Origin: Paraspadella gotoi
Taxonomy: Eukaryota; Animalia; Chaetognatha
Length of the DNA: 64,000 nucleotides
Direction: 5' to 3'
NCBI GenBank assembly: GCA_051294375.1
Contig: CM119267.1
Span: forward strand, 14,129,694 to 14,193,693
Position 1 is the first letter of the stretch. Every line of letters begins with the position of its first letter. This document shows, piece by piece, positions 1-14,702 of the stretch. Made by a program: the position numbers and the translations under genes. The notes below the pieces were generated by a model, which worked only from the letters and a program-made list of their open reading frames with translations, ran no database searches and was not told where the DNA came from.

Positions 1-1107
1 CGACTTTGTTAAGGTTTTTCCATTTATGAGTCATCGCGAGTAAAAAAATGTTTTCTTTTTTTTTTCTTCTCAATTCAATTCTTTTTTTCTTTTTTTTTTT
101 TTTTCTTTTCATTTTCTTCTACGATGCAGCTGCTTTGGTTCATCTTTTCGTAGCTTTAAAGATTCATGTGTGTAAACCGCCCAAAGCAAATACAAGCGAA
201 TGTTTCCACTCCATATCTCACTCTTTATTTTCTCTTCTTCTTTTTTCTCTCTTCTTGCTTTTTTTTCTCTTTCTTTGCTTTTTTTTTCCTTAGATTTAAC
301 GACTCAAATTTAAATCATCGGCTTTTTTTTTTCAATATTTTTTTTCTAAGGGATTCATTTTTTAATTCCATTTTTTGTTTGTTTTTTGGCTACGATTTTC
401 TTTTTTTGTTAGATACGATAAGCTCGCTTTCGCATTTTCGATAAGCTTTAAATTCACTTATTCAAAAACTGCTCTTGACTGAAAAAAAAGTCGAGAATTT
501 GTTAAATTTTGAGCTCTTGAAAGCGATTAAGATTATTATCTTAAATCGCTGCTTCATTCAATCCTTTTTTTGATTCATTCATATATTTCATATTCATTCA
601 TTTCTTCAATTTTTTAATTCAATTTTTAATTTATTTTGACGCTAGCTATTCGCCATTCACCGCCCAGGTTTCTTTTTCAGAAGTTCTTTTTTTAGCTGCT
701 ACTAAACCAGTCATCACACTATCTCACTGATCCAATCAAAAACCAAGCTTTGCAATGCCGCCTTCTGATTGGCTTGTCCATCGCGTCCCGCCATTGGTGG
801 GGACGACAGACGAGACACGCGAATTCGGGCGTCGGTCACGAACGGAAACGGCGGCAGTCGGCGTTCGTGACTCTTCGTATTTCGTCTCTCATTTTTTTTT
901 GTCCTCGCTTTATTTTCTTCTTATGTTCTTTTTTTTTTCTTTTTTAGCATTTTCTTCTTTTGTTGAATCCAAATCAATCTTTCCGCATTAAACATCATTC
1001 AGTTCTGACTGCACACAAACCTTAAAAACCGCCCCGCTGTTTCGATCCGGTTAGCAATTTAGCACTCACCTCGCTGCTTAAGTCGAAGAAGCAAGATATA
1101 TTTATAG

Positions 1108-1166
<59 letters not shown>

Positions 1167-3792
1167 TCGTTCGTCGTTTTGTCCTTAATTAACTCTCCAC
1201 AAATTTGCGTATTTCGGATCTCTGAACTTGTCGACCTTCCCCATTCGGGGCGGAATCCCAAGCATTTCGTTTACAACCAAAGTCGTTCCTTTTTTACAAC
1301 TCGTTGGTCAATTTTTGCTGTTAAATTAATGTATGAGCAGGTGTTTTTTTATTCTTTTTTGGGTTTTTTATAATTTTTTTTCTCATCATCGCATTTTTAA
1401 TCATTTCATCGTTAAATCATTGTTATTGTATAAAAATAGATTTGAGTGCCCTTATATTTTGCCATGTCACTAAATTAAAACCCTTTAATTTAGTTTAGTT
1501 TAAAACTTCGTCTCTGTAATTGCCTCTCTAAATCAAGTCTCAAAACGGATGTCTAATCCGTGCCCCGCGAATCTTGGGTTCAAGGCCTTGAATTTGAAAA
1601 CATAGTTTAAAAACGATAAAAAAATTTTGTGAACATATTTTAGAACTATGTCATGTTTATTTTTTTCAGTTTACTCTCATAATATATAAGTAACACTTTA
1701 GATACTACATACTAAATAAATTTAAAATATTCGTCAAAAGAAAAAACTAGTAAACGTTTTCCCGCCACTGAGATTTTTAAACTCTTAAAAAAAACTCTTA
1801 GTCGCTGTTTGTCGCCGGTTTTTTTTACGTTTTACTGCTGCGCACGAAGATCGTTTTTCTCGACGCCGCAGGAACGGCAGCGCAGTCTGCAGCAGAAACT
1901 GCCGCAGCGCCGTCGAAGCATCGCTTCTCGAGATGTTGGTTCGTTCCGAGCAGAGAGCGGGCCGATCGAAAGACCGCCGTGTTTGAGAAACCCAAGCGAA
2001 AGAAAAGCATTGCTTCTGTTTGCTTGCTGGTATTGTTGAAATGTGTTTATGTATTACTGTCCACATCTGGGGTTTGGATGCACCTATTTCATACATAAAT
2101 GTGATACGTTTAAGAATCTACGTAGTAGTACCTCCTACCCCACAATATCCACGGGACACAGCTCCCCTAAAGTGCGGAAACCAGTTCCATCAAGTCCACT
2201 ACCCCAGAGGCCTCGCTTCTCGCCCCTCCGTTGGAGCCGTAGGTCTCGCGATGACGAGGTACCGACCGGTTTGAGATGAGTTAAAAATTCCCAGTAAATT
2301 ATGTAATTTTCAACGAACCTTCGCCCAAATCACTCTTCCTTCTCGCGAATCTTCCGAAAGAGTTTTAATTACAAATCACGATTGGCCGTAAAACCTCCTC
2401 CGTGGGTGCGGAAATGTTTGGAATGGCAAAGTAAATTGGTGATTAGCTAAATGTAAAAAAAAAGAAAAAAGGTATTTGGCCAACGCGGAGGAGGCTCATT
2501 ACTCGTGATATCTCACTTTCTCGTTCCGACAAAATTCTTACCTTCCCTCAACCTGCCACTCTCGGCTCCTCACCTCCACTATTTCTCTCCTCCTCATCTA
2601 CTTGCCGTCCCCCTTCCCATGTTTATCGCATTAAGTCGAAGTTTAAAATCTCAGCCGCGATCGGCGAGCAGAGAGAATTCAATTTCAAAAACTTTTTTTT
2701 TAAAAATGATCGTCGCATGATAAGAATTCATTATTCTTCTTTTTTTATTTTCTTTTTTTTTTTTTTTTTTTGCTTTGATATGTACACTGTGTACATTGAT
2801 TTAAAAATGTAGATAATGTATCGTAAAGCTGGGGGAAAAATTTGAATATCTTTAGAACATTCTTTATTTTGGCGACTAATCAGTTGTTATAACGCTGCTT
2901 CGTCTGAAAGATCTAAGAAAATTCTTGACAAATCTTAAAATTCCTGAAATTGCTAAGCGTTTAAATCTTACAAAAAAAAAACCTCGCTTGTTCTTTTCAA
3001 GAAACAAAAAACATATAAATGGTTGGAATCGCATCGATCCGCGTTGTTTCGATTCAATAGAAATAAAAACCCCACAGGTACAATTTGTTCAGCTTGAAAG
3101 CTTTAGGGATTTCCTCTCCCGACCCGGGTCGCTCCTGAAAAACAACCGCGGCGTCTGACGAAAATCGCCCCTGGAGACTTCGAATTCAGAAAACGCGGGA
3201 AAAAGAAAGAAAGAGTGAAATTCGGGTTAAAATCTTTGTACACCTGAAACTGTAAAAATTTCGAATTAACAGAATGATGCTAACTGGCGAAAAAGTTTTG
3301 AGATGATTCGGATAAAATTCCGGAAGGATTAAAAAACGAGAAAAAACTTGATTCAATCTAATATGTAATCCGAACCCCCTGCCGACAAATATACCTTAAA
3401 GACAGAACGATATACAAAGCAGCTCTTCTCAAGTGCTTTCAGTGCTTTTTGACTGCCACGCCTCGATTTTGAGATTAAAATCTGATAACGGAAAAAGATT
3501 TTTAAGAGAGACAGAGAGAGAGAGGGAGAGAGAGAAAGAGAGAGAGAGAGAGATTTTAAAATAAAGTTCTGTTTCTCCAGTTAAAAAAAAAAGTAAAGGC
3601 CAAAATTAATTCGTTGAAGAGGCGATGAAAATATAGACCGAAAAATCTATGCCGCGCCTAATTTTTGTTTTAATTTGAGAAGCCGCCTCCGTTAAATTTT
3701 TATAATCGGCCCCGAATGGCTGATCGTAGGCTTTTTTGATAGCCTCTTGAAGGAAATCAACTCTGGATCTTAGCTTCGACAACCCAGCCACA

Positions 3793-3870
<78 letters not shown>

Positions 3871-4392
3871 AGAAGAGAGTTTTACCACTACAATGACTTT
3901 TTTATCTATTCTTAAAAATGTCATGAAAGGGACAGAAAGCGAAGAGAGATCGAGGCAGGTCGCGACGACACCGTGTTTCCCCCCCATCCCCTTTCCCCCC
4001 CCCTCTTTTTCTCCGACTCTCCCCCCCCTCTCCACCCGCTGACGAGATTTTCATCAACGAAAGTGAAGTTAAATTTTTCTCTCACTTTTCCCCCGCCTCT
4101 CACACACTTTCACGCTTATCGGACAAAATCCACTTCTTCATTTAGCTCTAATTAAAGTGTTTGTTTAAGGTCAGATATAATTAGTAGGGTCTTTTTTCGT
4201 TGAAAGGGTTGTGTGACCCGCTTTTGAGAGACGCGGAAAGAGATGACGATGATGAAGATGATGATGATTATGACGATGACGATGATGATGATCGTGTCAC
4301 GCTCTCTCCGGTTAACACCGGGTTTTTTTCCCTTTCGCGGAATCTCGATTTCAGAAATTTTGGCTTCCCGCTGCTCTTCTCTAAAATATGAG

Positions 4393-4466
<74 letters not shown>

Positions 4467-5896
4467 AGAGAGAAGAGAGAATATCTGCTTAGTCTGCGTA
4501 GCCATTATTCTTTCTTCTTATTCTTTAGTCATATTTTGGTGTTTTTTTTGTTTTTTTCTTTTTCTATCTTTTCGAAAAACAAAAAAGGTTTTTTTTTTTT
4601 GGTATCCGAATTTATTGTTATTAATTCGAATATCGACAGAAATAAGGTCGTTTACAAATGCTTTGCCTTTGGAGAGTCTACTTTTTTATTTCTTTCGTTT
4701 GATCCAGCCAACACCCACCCTCCTCCCTCTCCCGCCCCAACCCGGCCCCACAAGGAAAAACTTACCTTCTTCGACGTTCCTCCCTCCCCCCCACCGCCGT
4801 GTTCATCGGTAATCGACGGTAGCTGCCTCGATTCTCCAAAAAAATAAGCACAACTTAATTCCTTAATTCGATTTTATGTTTGTATTCGTCCCGACGTCAA
4901 CTAGACTATTTTTTAACGCGTTTAAATTGGGGATCAGGAAGAGAAAACAGAAAAGGTTAGCGAGACACAATTTCCGGATCGAGAGAGAGAGAGAGAAGGA
5001 AATACGGAAAGGATTTGAAAGTTTGTGAGTTTCAATCTTGTTAGAAGAAAGTAAGCGGTTTTTTTTTATTGACTCGTTTTTTTCTGTCTGGGAATGTGAA
5101 CAGGGATGATTTAGGGTACCTGCACCGAGCCCTGTTTTTTTTCGGGGGGGGGAATAAACTTGCGCCCAAATTTTAATGTTGGAAAATAAAGTTTAGGCGG
5201 GGATTTAGAAAAAATCTCGTATGACCTGAAACGGAGAGCAAAAATTCATTTGTTTTGGCAAACAACAATAACGATAAAAGGTCATTATCGTCATTTGTTC
5301 GATGTCGTGATCATTTAAAATAATTTTTAAATATTTTTACAGATATTTTGTATGACTGTCGATCCGTTTGTGATTAGCTTTTAGTATAAAAAATTGAACC
5401 CCAACGGGAAAAAAGTTAAACATGTCCGTTTTACCGTGACCTCTGATAAATCGGGGATGGATCGAATGTTTAGATCTACGCTGGAAATGATATAAACACT
5501 GGTCAGCGATACAGATCGAAAGATCGAAAGCGATAGACAGTCGCTAATGTGAGGTCAGGAGTTTTAATCGAGATCGGTGTCATCCTCACCTCAGGATTCT
5601 TTTGTCTTTTATCTCAGACGCCAGAGGCGCTGCCGGCGATTACGCAAAGGTTTTAGTTTCCCCCCCCCCTGAGCCCCTAGCGAACAATTCCCGAGTTTGC
5701 TAAAAAGATGGATTCTTGGAACTCCTCGTCGATCCAATCGAAACGCGAGACGCGCGTAGAATCGATCGATATCGAATTTTCGATAGAGAAAAAAGAGCAT
5801 CGCTTCAAAATGAAAAGGAAATCGAAAAACAGCAGACATAATCTTGACGGGAATGTGAGGGGAGGAGCAGAGAGAGAGACGAGAGAGAGAGAGAAG

Positions 5897-5927
<31 letters not shown>

Positions 5928-6318
5928 GGAAGGAGAGAGAGAGAGAGAGAAGAGAAATCTGAGCACTGCTTCTTTTAGTGAAATCGAAAACAAACACGCA
6001 GGAAGTTTAAAGAAGGATTTTCTATTTTTTGAAAAAAAAAGTGCGAGAGAGAAAGAGAGATTCTAACAAAACCCAGGTGCATTTTTTCCTCGCGGATGCC
6101 GGGGTGGAGATGCCGACGCGGGGGTAGAAGAGGGATGAGGAAATGCCCGGCCGGGGTGTTCGGGGGTGTCGGGGAGATTTGGAGACTCTGGAAGCTGGAT
6201 TTGAGGAACAAGCAAAAAGAGAACAATGGATTGGAGAAAGGAAGTGAAACAAAAGAGTCTTCTTTCCAAAAAACGGTGCGAGTCTGTAACAAGATCAGTT
6301 AATTAAGCAATAAATAGT

Positions 6319-6378
<60 letters not shown>

Positions 6379-7911
6379 GAGGGAGAGAGAGAGTCCGTTT
6401 TGTGGAGGCGGCTAGCAAATTTGAACAAACAGGGAATATTTTTGAAGGCGTCTTTCTCTTAAGGAGAAAAAGTTTCTCACCGGCCCAAGGAAAAAAAATG
6501 CAGATTAATGTTCTAAAAGTCGAAAAAAGAATTTTTTTCTTATAAAATGTTCTAAAAAAGAATGTTTTCTTCTAAAATGAACCGAAAATATAGATTTGGA
6601 TTATTTTGGAATTTTGAAATTCCGTAAGACCGTAAAGGTTACAAGCGGCAAAACGCAAACCTTCGTCACTGTTGGTGGTTGGAAAAGAAAGCCAGAGAAG
6701 CAAACATGAAAGTGTGAGATCGGGAGCGTTAACCGGCATCATCATCATTATCATCATCATGAATCTTCATCATCTCTCTAAATCGCTTTTGATATCGCGC
6801 TAAGTTTGCGTGTTTCTCCATCACTGTCGTCGTTGTCGTCGTTGTCATCGTCGTCATCGCGGCGACGCAGCATTCCAGACGGTTTTTTTTATGGGGGGAG
6901 TTCAAGCATTGCCGACATTTGCCGGCATTCTGAAAGCACGCAGAGGGAACTGAAGATGAAACGAGTCTTGGGGTAGAAAAGCCACATTTGTAAATCTCAG
7001 GCTTTGCCTTTTTTATTTGTGATTGAAAATATTACTCGCGCAAATGTCTGAAATTTTAATTTTCTTCTCCTATTTGGTTGCCACTCTTTGCCACTCTCCT
7101 ATCGAACCCTGCCACGTTTGCCATTTCAAAGTCGGACCAAAATCGATGACTCGTCTCGACTCAACGGATGACGTCACAATTCTTTTTTCGCTCGACGAAC
7201 TCTTTCTCGCGCGGAAATTCGAAAAAGACGAATTCGAGGCAGAATTTTCATCGATCGATAATTGGAACCAGCCTTACAGGGGCTCTCGTTTTCTCCTTCT
7301 CTCTCTCTTCCTCTCTCTTCCTCGCTCTCTCTCTCTCTCTCTCCATCGTCTCGTCTCTCTCATCATGCAAAAATTGGGCGTTGCTGCCGAAACGCGCAAA
7401 GAACACTCCCCGCAACCAGACGATTCAATCTCACATCCTTCTCCATGGGTCCCCGACGCTCGTTTATTTTATTTTTTTTCTTGGGTTGGCCTAACCCTTT
7501 ATATTTTATTCATCGCTCTCTCTTCTTACCTTCTCATCTCTCCTCTTCCTTTCCCCTCTCTCCTTTTCCCCGCTGTCTGGTGATACCTACGTATTTACAG
7601 TCGTCCTTTTTCCCTCACCGAATTCCTGACGTTGCCAACTTTGCTTCGCTCTTAACTCATTGTTATTTTGTTTTGATTTTTTTTTTCTAATTCCTCGTCG
7701 CGCGAAAAACGTTGAATGTTCTTTTGTCAAAAGAGTTTCTAATCTTTTATATCTCACGGGAAAAAGGGAAGCTGTATAAAAAAGTTAATAAAATAGAAAT
7801 TAAAGACTTGAAAATCGAAGTCAAGTTGACTAAAATATCCCACTTCACATATATGGAAGTGGAAGTGAGAGAGATAGAGGACAAAGGGAAAGAAAATAAA
7901 GGTTTGAAAAA

Positions 7912-7969
<58 letters not shown>

Positions 7970-8840
7970 CGCCCTCCCTCTGTCGTTATTTGAAGTCTCG
8001 ACGTTATAGCGTAAACAAACTCCGTTGATGATAGAATTACGTGGGGGTTTTTCGAAAGGGAGTGGGAAAAAAGAGGGAGATGTGAACTTCGTTTTGGGAT
8101 GTGGTACATACAAGTGTTTGGGTTTGACGGTTGAATAATGTTTTTCTGGTTGAACATCGAAGTTATCACTTCAAGAGGCCAAGATGGGTGGCTGGTTGAA
8201 GGATAAGTGAGGTGAGGTGAGGTGAGAGCGTAGGTGAGGTTGTGAGGGTTGAGCATTTGAGATTTGTGGCTCAACTCCTAACGTCAAATATTGACGAAAA
8301 GTCACAAATTTCCTCGTCGTCGTCGTTGACTCGCGTGTGGTCCAGGGAGAGTTTTTAACGACTCTCTCTCCCTCATTTTCCCGTTTTCTTCTTTCCCCGC
8401 TTCACCTCCCTTCATTCCTCCTCCTGTTACGCTCGCCAGCCGCCCCACCCTACCGCACTTCTCTCTCCCGTATCTTCGCCTTCTTCCGCTCTTCCGCCTT
8501 AACCTAAACCGCCCACCTCCTTCCCACCCCTTTCCCCCTTCCTCCCTTCTTCCCCCACCCTTACCCCAGGACCGCCGCTACCTTTCCCACCCCTCTCCCT
8601 TCTTTCCAACCCTTACGGTCCCAACCGCCCCAACGCTTCTCCCGAATTGAAATGATTTATTCTCTCTCCTCCTCCTCCCGTTTGTCAGTCAGGGTAACGA
8701 TTTCCTTCCCGTTTATGTTCGCCGAGACGGAGACTCGATAGAAGTTTTCCCTAAAATCTCTCTGTCTCTGTCGTTCCTAAGCTTTCTACCTTAAATCATT
8801 TTTTTAAAGCGACAGCGAGACATTAATTTTAACCTCTCTC

Positions 8841-9951
8841 NNNNNNNNNNNNNNNNNNNNNNNNNNNNNNNNNNNNNNNNNNNNNNNNNNNNNNNNNNNN
8901 NNNNNNNNNNNNNNNNNNNNNNNNNNNNNNNNNNNNNNNNNNNNNNNNNNNNNNNNNNNNNNNNNNNNNNNNNNNNNNNNNNNNNNNNNNNNNNNNNNNN
9001 NNNNNNNNNNNNNNNNNNNNNNNNNNNNNNNNNNNNNNNNNNNNNNNNNNNNNNNNNNNNNNNNNNNNNNNNNNNNNNNNNNNNNNNNNNNNNNNNNNCT
9101 TTGTCATACGCGGCGGCGGCGACGGTCTTTATGAAAATAAAGTGTTGTTGACACAACGAGAAAGTCGGTTTTTTCTTCTACATTTTTTTCAGATAAGATT
9201 TGGGTGCTTTGCGGTCTGTGCCGNNNNNNNNNNNNNNNNNNNNNNNNNNNNNNNNNNNNNNNNNNNNNNNNNNNNNNNNNNNNNNNNNNNNNNNNNNNNN
9301 NNNNNNNNNNNNNNNNNNNNNNNNNNNNNNNNNNNNNNNNNNNNNNNNNNNNNNNNNNNNNNNNNNNNNNNNNNNNNNNNNNNNNNNNNNNNNNNNNNNN
9401 NNNNNNNNNNNNNNNNNNNNNNNNNNNNNNCTCGTATCACTATTTTTCAAACTTCGCGTAACAAGAATAAAAATTGAAAAAGTTCAACGGGAGAAATAAT
9501 AAAGGGGGACAGATATTGATTAGAATTAGTTTATTCATCCACGCATCCCGAACGAAAAAAGAGAGAGAGAAAAAGAAAATTCAGGGATAGAAAAAGTAAA
9601 GAGCCTGGTCAGTGACCAGTGGTCACGTGATCTTGATTGGCTAGTGACCCTAACTTTGTCCAAGAAGGACGTCATTCCAGGTGTGACATCCGTCGAAACT
9701 TCCACCTTGATTATTAGTCTGAGTTTTGGCGGGAAATTTGAACTCGAATCTTGGATCGATCGATCTCGTTTTAACTTCTCTTCTTTAGAACTGATTGGGA
9801 TCGAAATTAGAATTTTGGACTCTTTATCTGTCGCTCGATAGGAAATTAAAGTTTCTTCCAGGATTCATGATTTTCCGGAGTCTCCAGATCGAAAATACTA
9901 AGAAGACCGGGATTTTTTTTCTTTTCCTCTATACCTCTGGGTCAGACCGTC

Positions 9952-9998
<47 letters not shown>

Positions 9999-10244
9999 GC
10001 CAACTTCCGCCCATGAATGAGCGAGACTGGTCACTTTTTCGGCGGTCGTTTTTCCGAGCATAACTCATTTTTCTTCCTTTTCGACTTTGTCAGAACTCAG
10101 AATGGGGGAGANNNNNNNNNNNNNNNNNNNNNNNNNNNNNNNNNNNNNNNNNNNNNNNNNNNNNNNNNNNNNNNNNNNNNNNNNNNNNNNNNNNNNNNNN
10201 NNNNNNNNNNNNNNNNNNNNNNNNNNNNNNNNNNNNNNNNNNNN
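8841..10244. other. Three unfilled assembly gaps (8841-9098, 9224-9430, 10112-10244)
   Basis: N runs, two of them abutting CT or GA repeats. Confidence 0.99.
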
Positions 10245-11408
10245 GAGAGAGAGAGAGAAAGAGAAAGAAAGAATATTCTGTTTCTGGGAAACGTCCTGGT
10301 CGAAAAAAGAAAAACCTCCGTCTAATTTGAAACATTTCTTGACGCTTTACAAATAAACAAAGTGAAAAGATTCGATGAAAAGGAGGAAAAAGGGAAAAAA
10401 TGGGAGGCCTTTTATTTTCAAAAGGGAGGATATCAAAAAGTTTTAAATAAGATCCGTATCTGATTTTTTTTTAAAAATCATAAAAAAATATCTTTCAAGT
10501 TTCTGAAAGGATAGGATATAGGCGCTAATTCTGAAACCAAATTAGATACAAAAACAAAATTTAATCTGAGAAAAACGTCACTCAAAAAAAATCAAGAAAA
10601 AAAAAAAAAAAAAAAAAACCGTGGGGAGAGAATTAATTAACTCGACCCAGCTCGCTTTCACTGTTATCGCGGATAAATAATATTCTTTTAAAAACTCCTC
10701 TGTGAAAAAAGAAGAAAGAAGCCAGCCCGATGAGTGTTTTGAGGGTGTGAGGAGAGAAGAGAGAGGAGGGAGGGATGAGAGAGAGGAGCGGAGAGAGAGA
10801 GGAGAGAAGGAGAGAGAGAGATTTGTAAATAAAATTCTAAGAGAAAAAAAACCAGCAAATTGGCACATATCGTAACCGAACCAAAAAAATCCAAGCAGGA
10901 AATCGGACGATGGGTTTTTTTTTTTTTTTTTTGTAATATTCTCTTTCCTTTCTTTCTTTTCTACGATGAGTTTTTCGGCTAAAGTTGTAAGAGAGATTAG
11001 TTTATAGTCAATCTCCATCCCAACTATGACGTTCAGTGCGAGATGCGAGCGACGAAATCGGAAAAGCCGAAGGTCGAGAGAGATGGCCAAAGATTCAACC
11101 CGAGATTCCATTCCATTCGCCTTCGCCAAAAAAAATGGCCGCAAAACGACCGGCTTCAGTCAATTATCGAGTGTTAATATAAAGGGGTGGGGGAAAATTG
11201 GAGGGGAAAAAAATGGTTTAAAAATGGGGTCAGTTGATTACTGGAGAGACAAGCTTATTAGCTACGTAGTAGAGAAACTTGTCCGCTCGAAAGATCAAAA
11301 GGACTGAAAGGACTTCCGCAATTTTGTTTTACTTCTTGTCTTTCCCTCGTTCATTGTCAACTTCAATTTAATCTCTCTCTCTGCTCTCCTCTCCCTTTCT
11401 CTCTTCCT

Positions 11409-11447
<39 letters not shown>

Positions 11448-13366
11448 CTCTCTCTCTCTCTCTCTCTCGCTCTGATCTTTTATTTTTTTCGATCAGAGAG
11501 GGCGAGGGGATGAAACGAGGAGAAAAACCCCAGCGCGTTACGAGGATGTCGACGCGCGAGAGGTGCAGTCTGAATCGCCTGACGATGACGTACGACGGTT
11601 ACATTAAACGTGGCTACTGTAACGTGCTGTAAGTAACGAGGCTTGGTTCAATCGTTTCATTCGTCGTTCTTCTTCGTTCATTCGTCGTCGTTCTTCGTTC
11701 AATTCGCACGTTCCTTCGCCCGCATCTCAATCGCCCTCTTGTTTTTTCTCACAATCTCTTTTTTTCGTTTCTCCTCTGATCCGACGAGCGAAGACCAAAA
11801 CCGCTGCGTTTTCCGACTCATAAAAAAGAGTCGAATTAGAGGACGAAAAGCGTTTCTCATTTCGAGGATGAGCCGGGCAAACAGGTTCGCCACTTTTGAT
11901 TCTCTTCGTCGTTCTTACCAGCCCGCCAATTCCCTCACCGCTTGCCCTCCGAAGCTGCCAGAGGAAAAAAAGCTTCCTTACCCGACGTAACTAGTCGTCA
12001 AAAACCTGGAAACTTGACTTCAGCTTTCTTCATTAACGTTCAAATTAAAAAAAATTAAAATTCACGTCATTCTCAAATGATTTTGTTAGTCGAGGTTGAA
12101 TGAGTTTCTCTCTCGACCGAACCCATCGGTGGTTCGCAACCTACCCACCCTCCGCCCTCCTTTTATCCCATACCCCAATTCTTTCATCCCTACTTCCCTG
12201 CCCACCTTCCCCTTCCCCCTCACTTGACACTCTTGTCTCCCTTCCCTACCCATTCATTTCCTTATTTCCTTTCCCGCTCCCCCGCCTTTCACCCTAACCC
12301 CCCCCCCTAAAAAATCTCTACCCACCCCCAACTTTCCCCGCTTTCCCTTCCAATCTCTTGTCATCCCAGCGGACTCGGCGAGTCGTCGAGGCCGAAAAAT
12401 TTTCGCCTTTCCGCTTCATCTTTTTTTGTTCGAGAGAGTTTGGCTGGGGGAATCTGCATCGGTCGGACGGATCATAACAGTAGCACTCGGATTATGTTAT
12501 CTGAGCGCTGAGGAGAGGAGAAGGAGAGAGAAGGAGAGGATTCGCGAAATAGAGTGGGAGACGTTAACGATAACGATTTATGCATTTTTACTGTTCAAGC
12601 TGCCTGAGTTCAATTACAGTTACGCACAGTCAATATCCTCCAATTTCGGCTGAGCTTGTATAAAACAATTTCGCGTATCGTTGCGCCAGGATCGTCGGCA
12701 GGATAAAATACCTTAATTTTTTTAATAAATGAGTAACTTTTTTTGATCATTTCCACGATATTCTTTCTTCGCCTCCGACACCATTTAATCTGTCACCCAT
12801 AAATCTCTCCGCCTTTTTCCTCCCGCATTCTCCTTCTGCTCCCTTCCTTTTCTCAGTCAAATATAAACTCACAGTTTGATTCGCAAAATTTGCACGAGAA
12901 CTCTGGAAACTGGGAGACGTGACTCCAGTGTGAAAAGTGATTCTTTGTCTTTTGTCTTTTGTCTTTGGTCTTTTTGTCTTTTTGGTCTTTTGTCTTTGTA
13001 CTTTTCCTTTAATTCTTGTTCTTGATTTGTTTGGTTTCTGCCTTAGGTCGCCACGAACCCTGAGCGTTGTTGCGTTATCTCGAGACCAGAGAGAAAGAGA
13101 ACGACGACGACGACGACGACTATAAGACGACAGCCCCCGATGTTGTCGCCAATGATTTAGAGTGCTGAGAAATCTCAAACATGTCAGCATTCAAGCAACT
13201 TGTTTTTTTAATCAATAACTGAAAAATTAAAAACCTTATTAGTTATTGAGAGACATGACAGAGCAGGACCTATGTATAACTTCCTGGAGCAACAGAAGAC
13301 GAAGAAAAATTTGACAACTCCTTTCTCTCTCTCCTCTCTCTCTTCTCTTCTCTCTCTCTCTCTCTC

Positions 13367-13409
<43 letters not shown>

Positions 13410-14510
13410 TCTCTCTCTCAATCGACTCCACACTAATTATTTTTTGTTGCATATTGACAGGGATTCGGAGGGCGCGAGCCGAAAAAAAAAAAGAGAAGGC
13501 TCTTCCCGGATTTAGTTTGATACGATTAAGAAAAAGAGAGAGAGAAGAGAGAGAAGGGGATGGACGAAGACGAGACGAGAGAGAGAGAGACGAGCGCAGT
13601 TCGGTCGTTTTTACCTTCAACTCAATTATTTTACGAAGTTTGTAATATTGAGTTCACGATGAACCTGCGTTTCTCATTTTCTCTTTCTCTTTTCCATCTT
13701 TTGAATTTCTTGAGCACAATTACAAAGTTTGAAACAACCACAACGACGACGACGATGATGATGATGATGATGATTATTGATGATGACGATGACGAGAAGA
13801 CAGAGACCGAGAAAGGACAGAGACAAAACAGAGAGACACGGCAGAGGAGAGACAGAATAGAGAAAAAAATAAAAAGTGGACGAATTATTTTTTTTTCAAA
13901 GTGGCCCTTTGACAGTTTTCACCAGGTTTTCCCCCATTCCAGGCTTCGCACCAGGTTTAAGTTCTTCCAGAGATTAAGAACGTGACCAGGTTAAGACAAT
14001 TAAGCGAGCGTTTTTCCAACCTTTCAAACACAGGAGACCCACTTTCCTCTCGACCTGAAGATTCGTTCGTGAAAACTCATTCGTGAGAATTAGACTAATG
14101 CGCTTACAGCATTTAAGATATTTTTCAGCAGAAACTTATGTACAATTTGAGCGTGTGTCTTCTCTCTCTCTTCTCTTTCTCGCTTCTCTCTCTCTCTCTT
14201 ATCTCTCTCTCTATCTCTCTCTCTTTCTCGCTCGCTTCCTCTCTCTCTCTTCTCTCTCTTCTCTCTCTCTCCCACTCCACTCCATCCCAGCTCCCACTCC
14301 ACTCCTCACTCTCCCTCTCATCCTTTTATTCTTGCCATAAAAAACCGTACCTAACTCAATCATATATAACACAAAAGTTCAACAAAAAAGATAAAAAAAT
14401 TCCCGGCTCGAATATCGAAAACCTTTCACCCGTGATCTGGTTCGGAATCACAAATCGGCCATCCATCTCACCGCCCCCCCTCCCTTCTCCCCTTCTCCTT
14501 CCCAATCCAG

Positions 14511-14702
14511 GTACGAGGGGATGGGAGGCCCGTGAGCACGCCATCACGAAAGAGAACATCCCCAAGCTTGAGAAGGCCATCTCCTGAGCGGGAGCCCAGA
14601 TCGATTGTCCTCACCAAGAACGTGGACGCGTTGGAGAGGGAACTGGCCGACCAAGGGGAGAGATCGCCAGGCTGCAGAGGCGACCTCAATTGACGCCAAG
14701 AC
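14511..14702 (+). pseudogene. Frameshifted duplicate of IF exon 18576-18762 (probably an uncorrected-read artefact)
   Basis: Alignable over its whole length with many 1-2 nt indels; lies inside the duplicated block 11039-15346. Confidence 0.75.

Noticed and set aside
730-800. Three CCAAT boxes suggesting a promoter
   Set aside because: Short motifs with no associated exon or start site identifiable.
5708-5962. ORF MDSWNSSSIQSKRETRVES... as the IF head exon
   Set aside because: No coil 1A motif, AT-rich codons, and it runs into (GA)n.
48-14340. Numerous ORFs with poly-(ER), poly-(SL), poly-F, poly-D/M or poly-X
   Set aside because: They are translations of microsatellites, T runs and N gaps with no coding signal.
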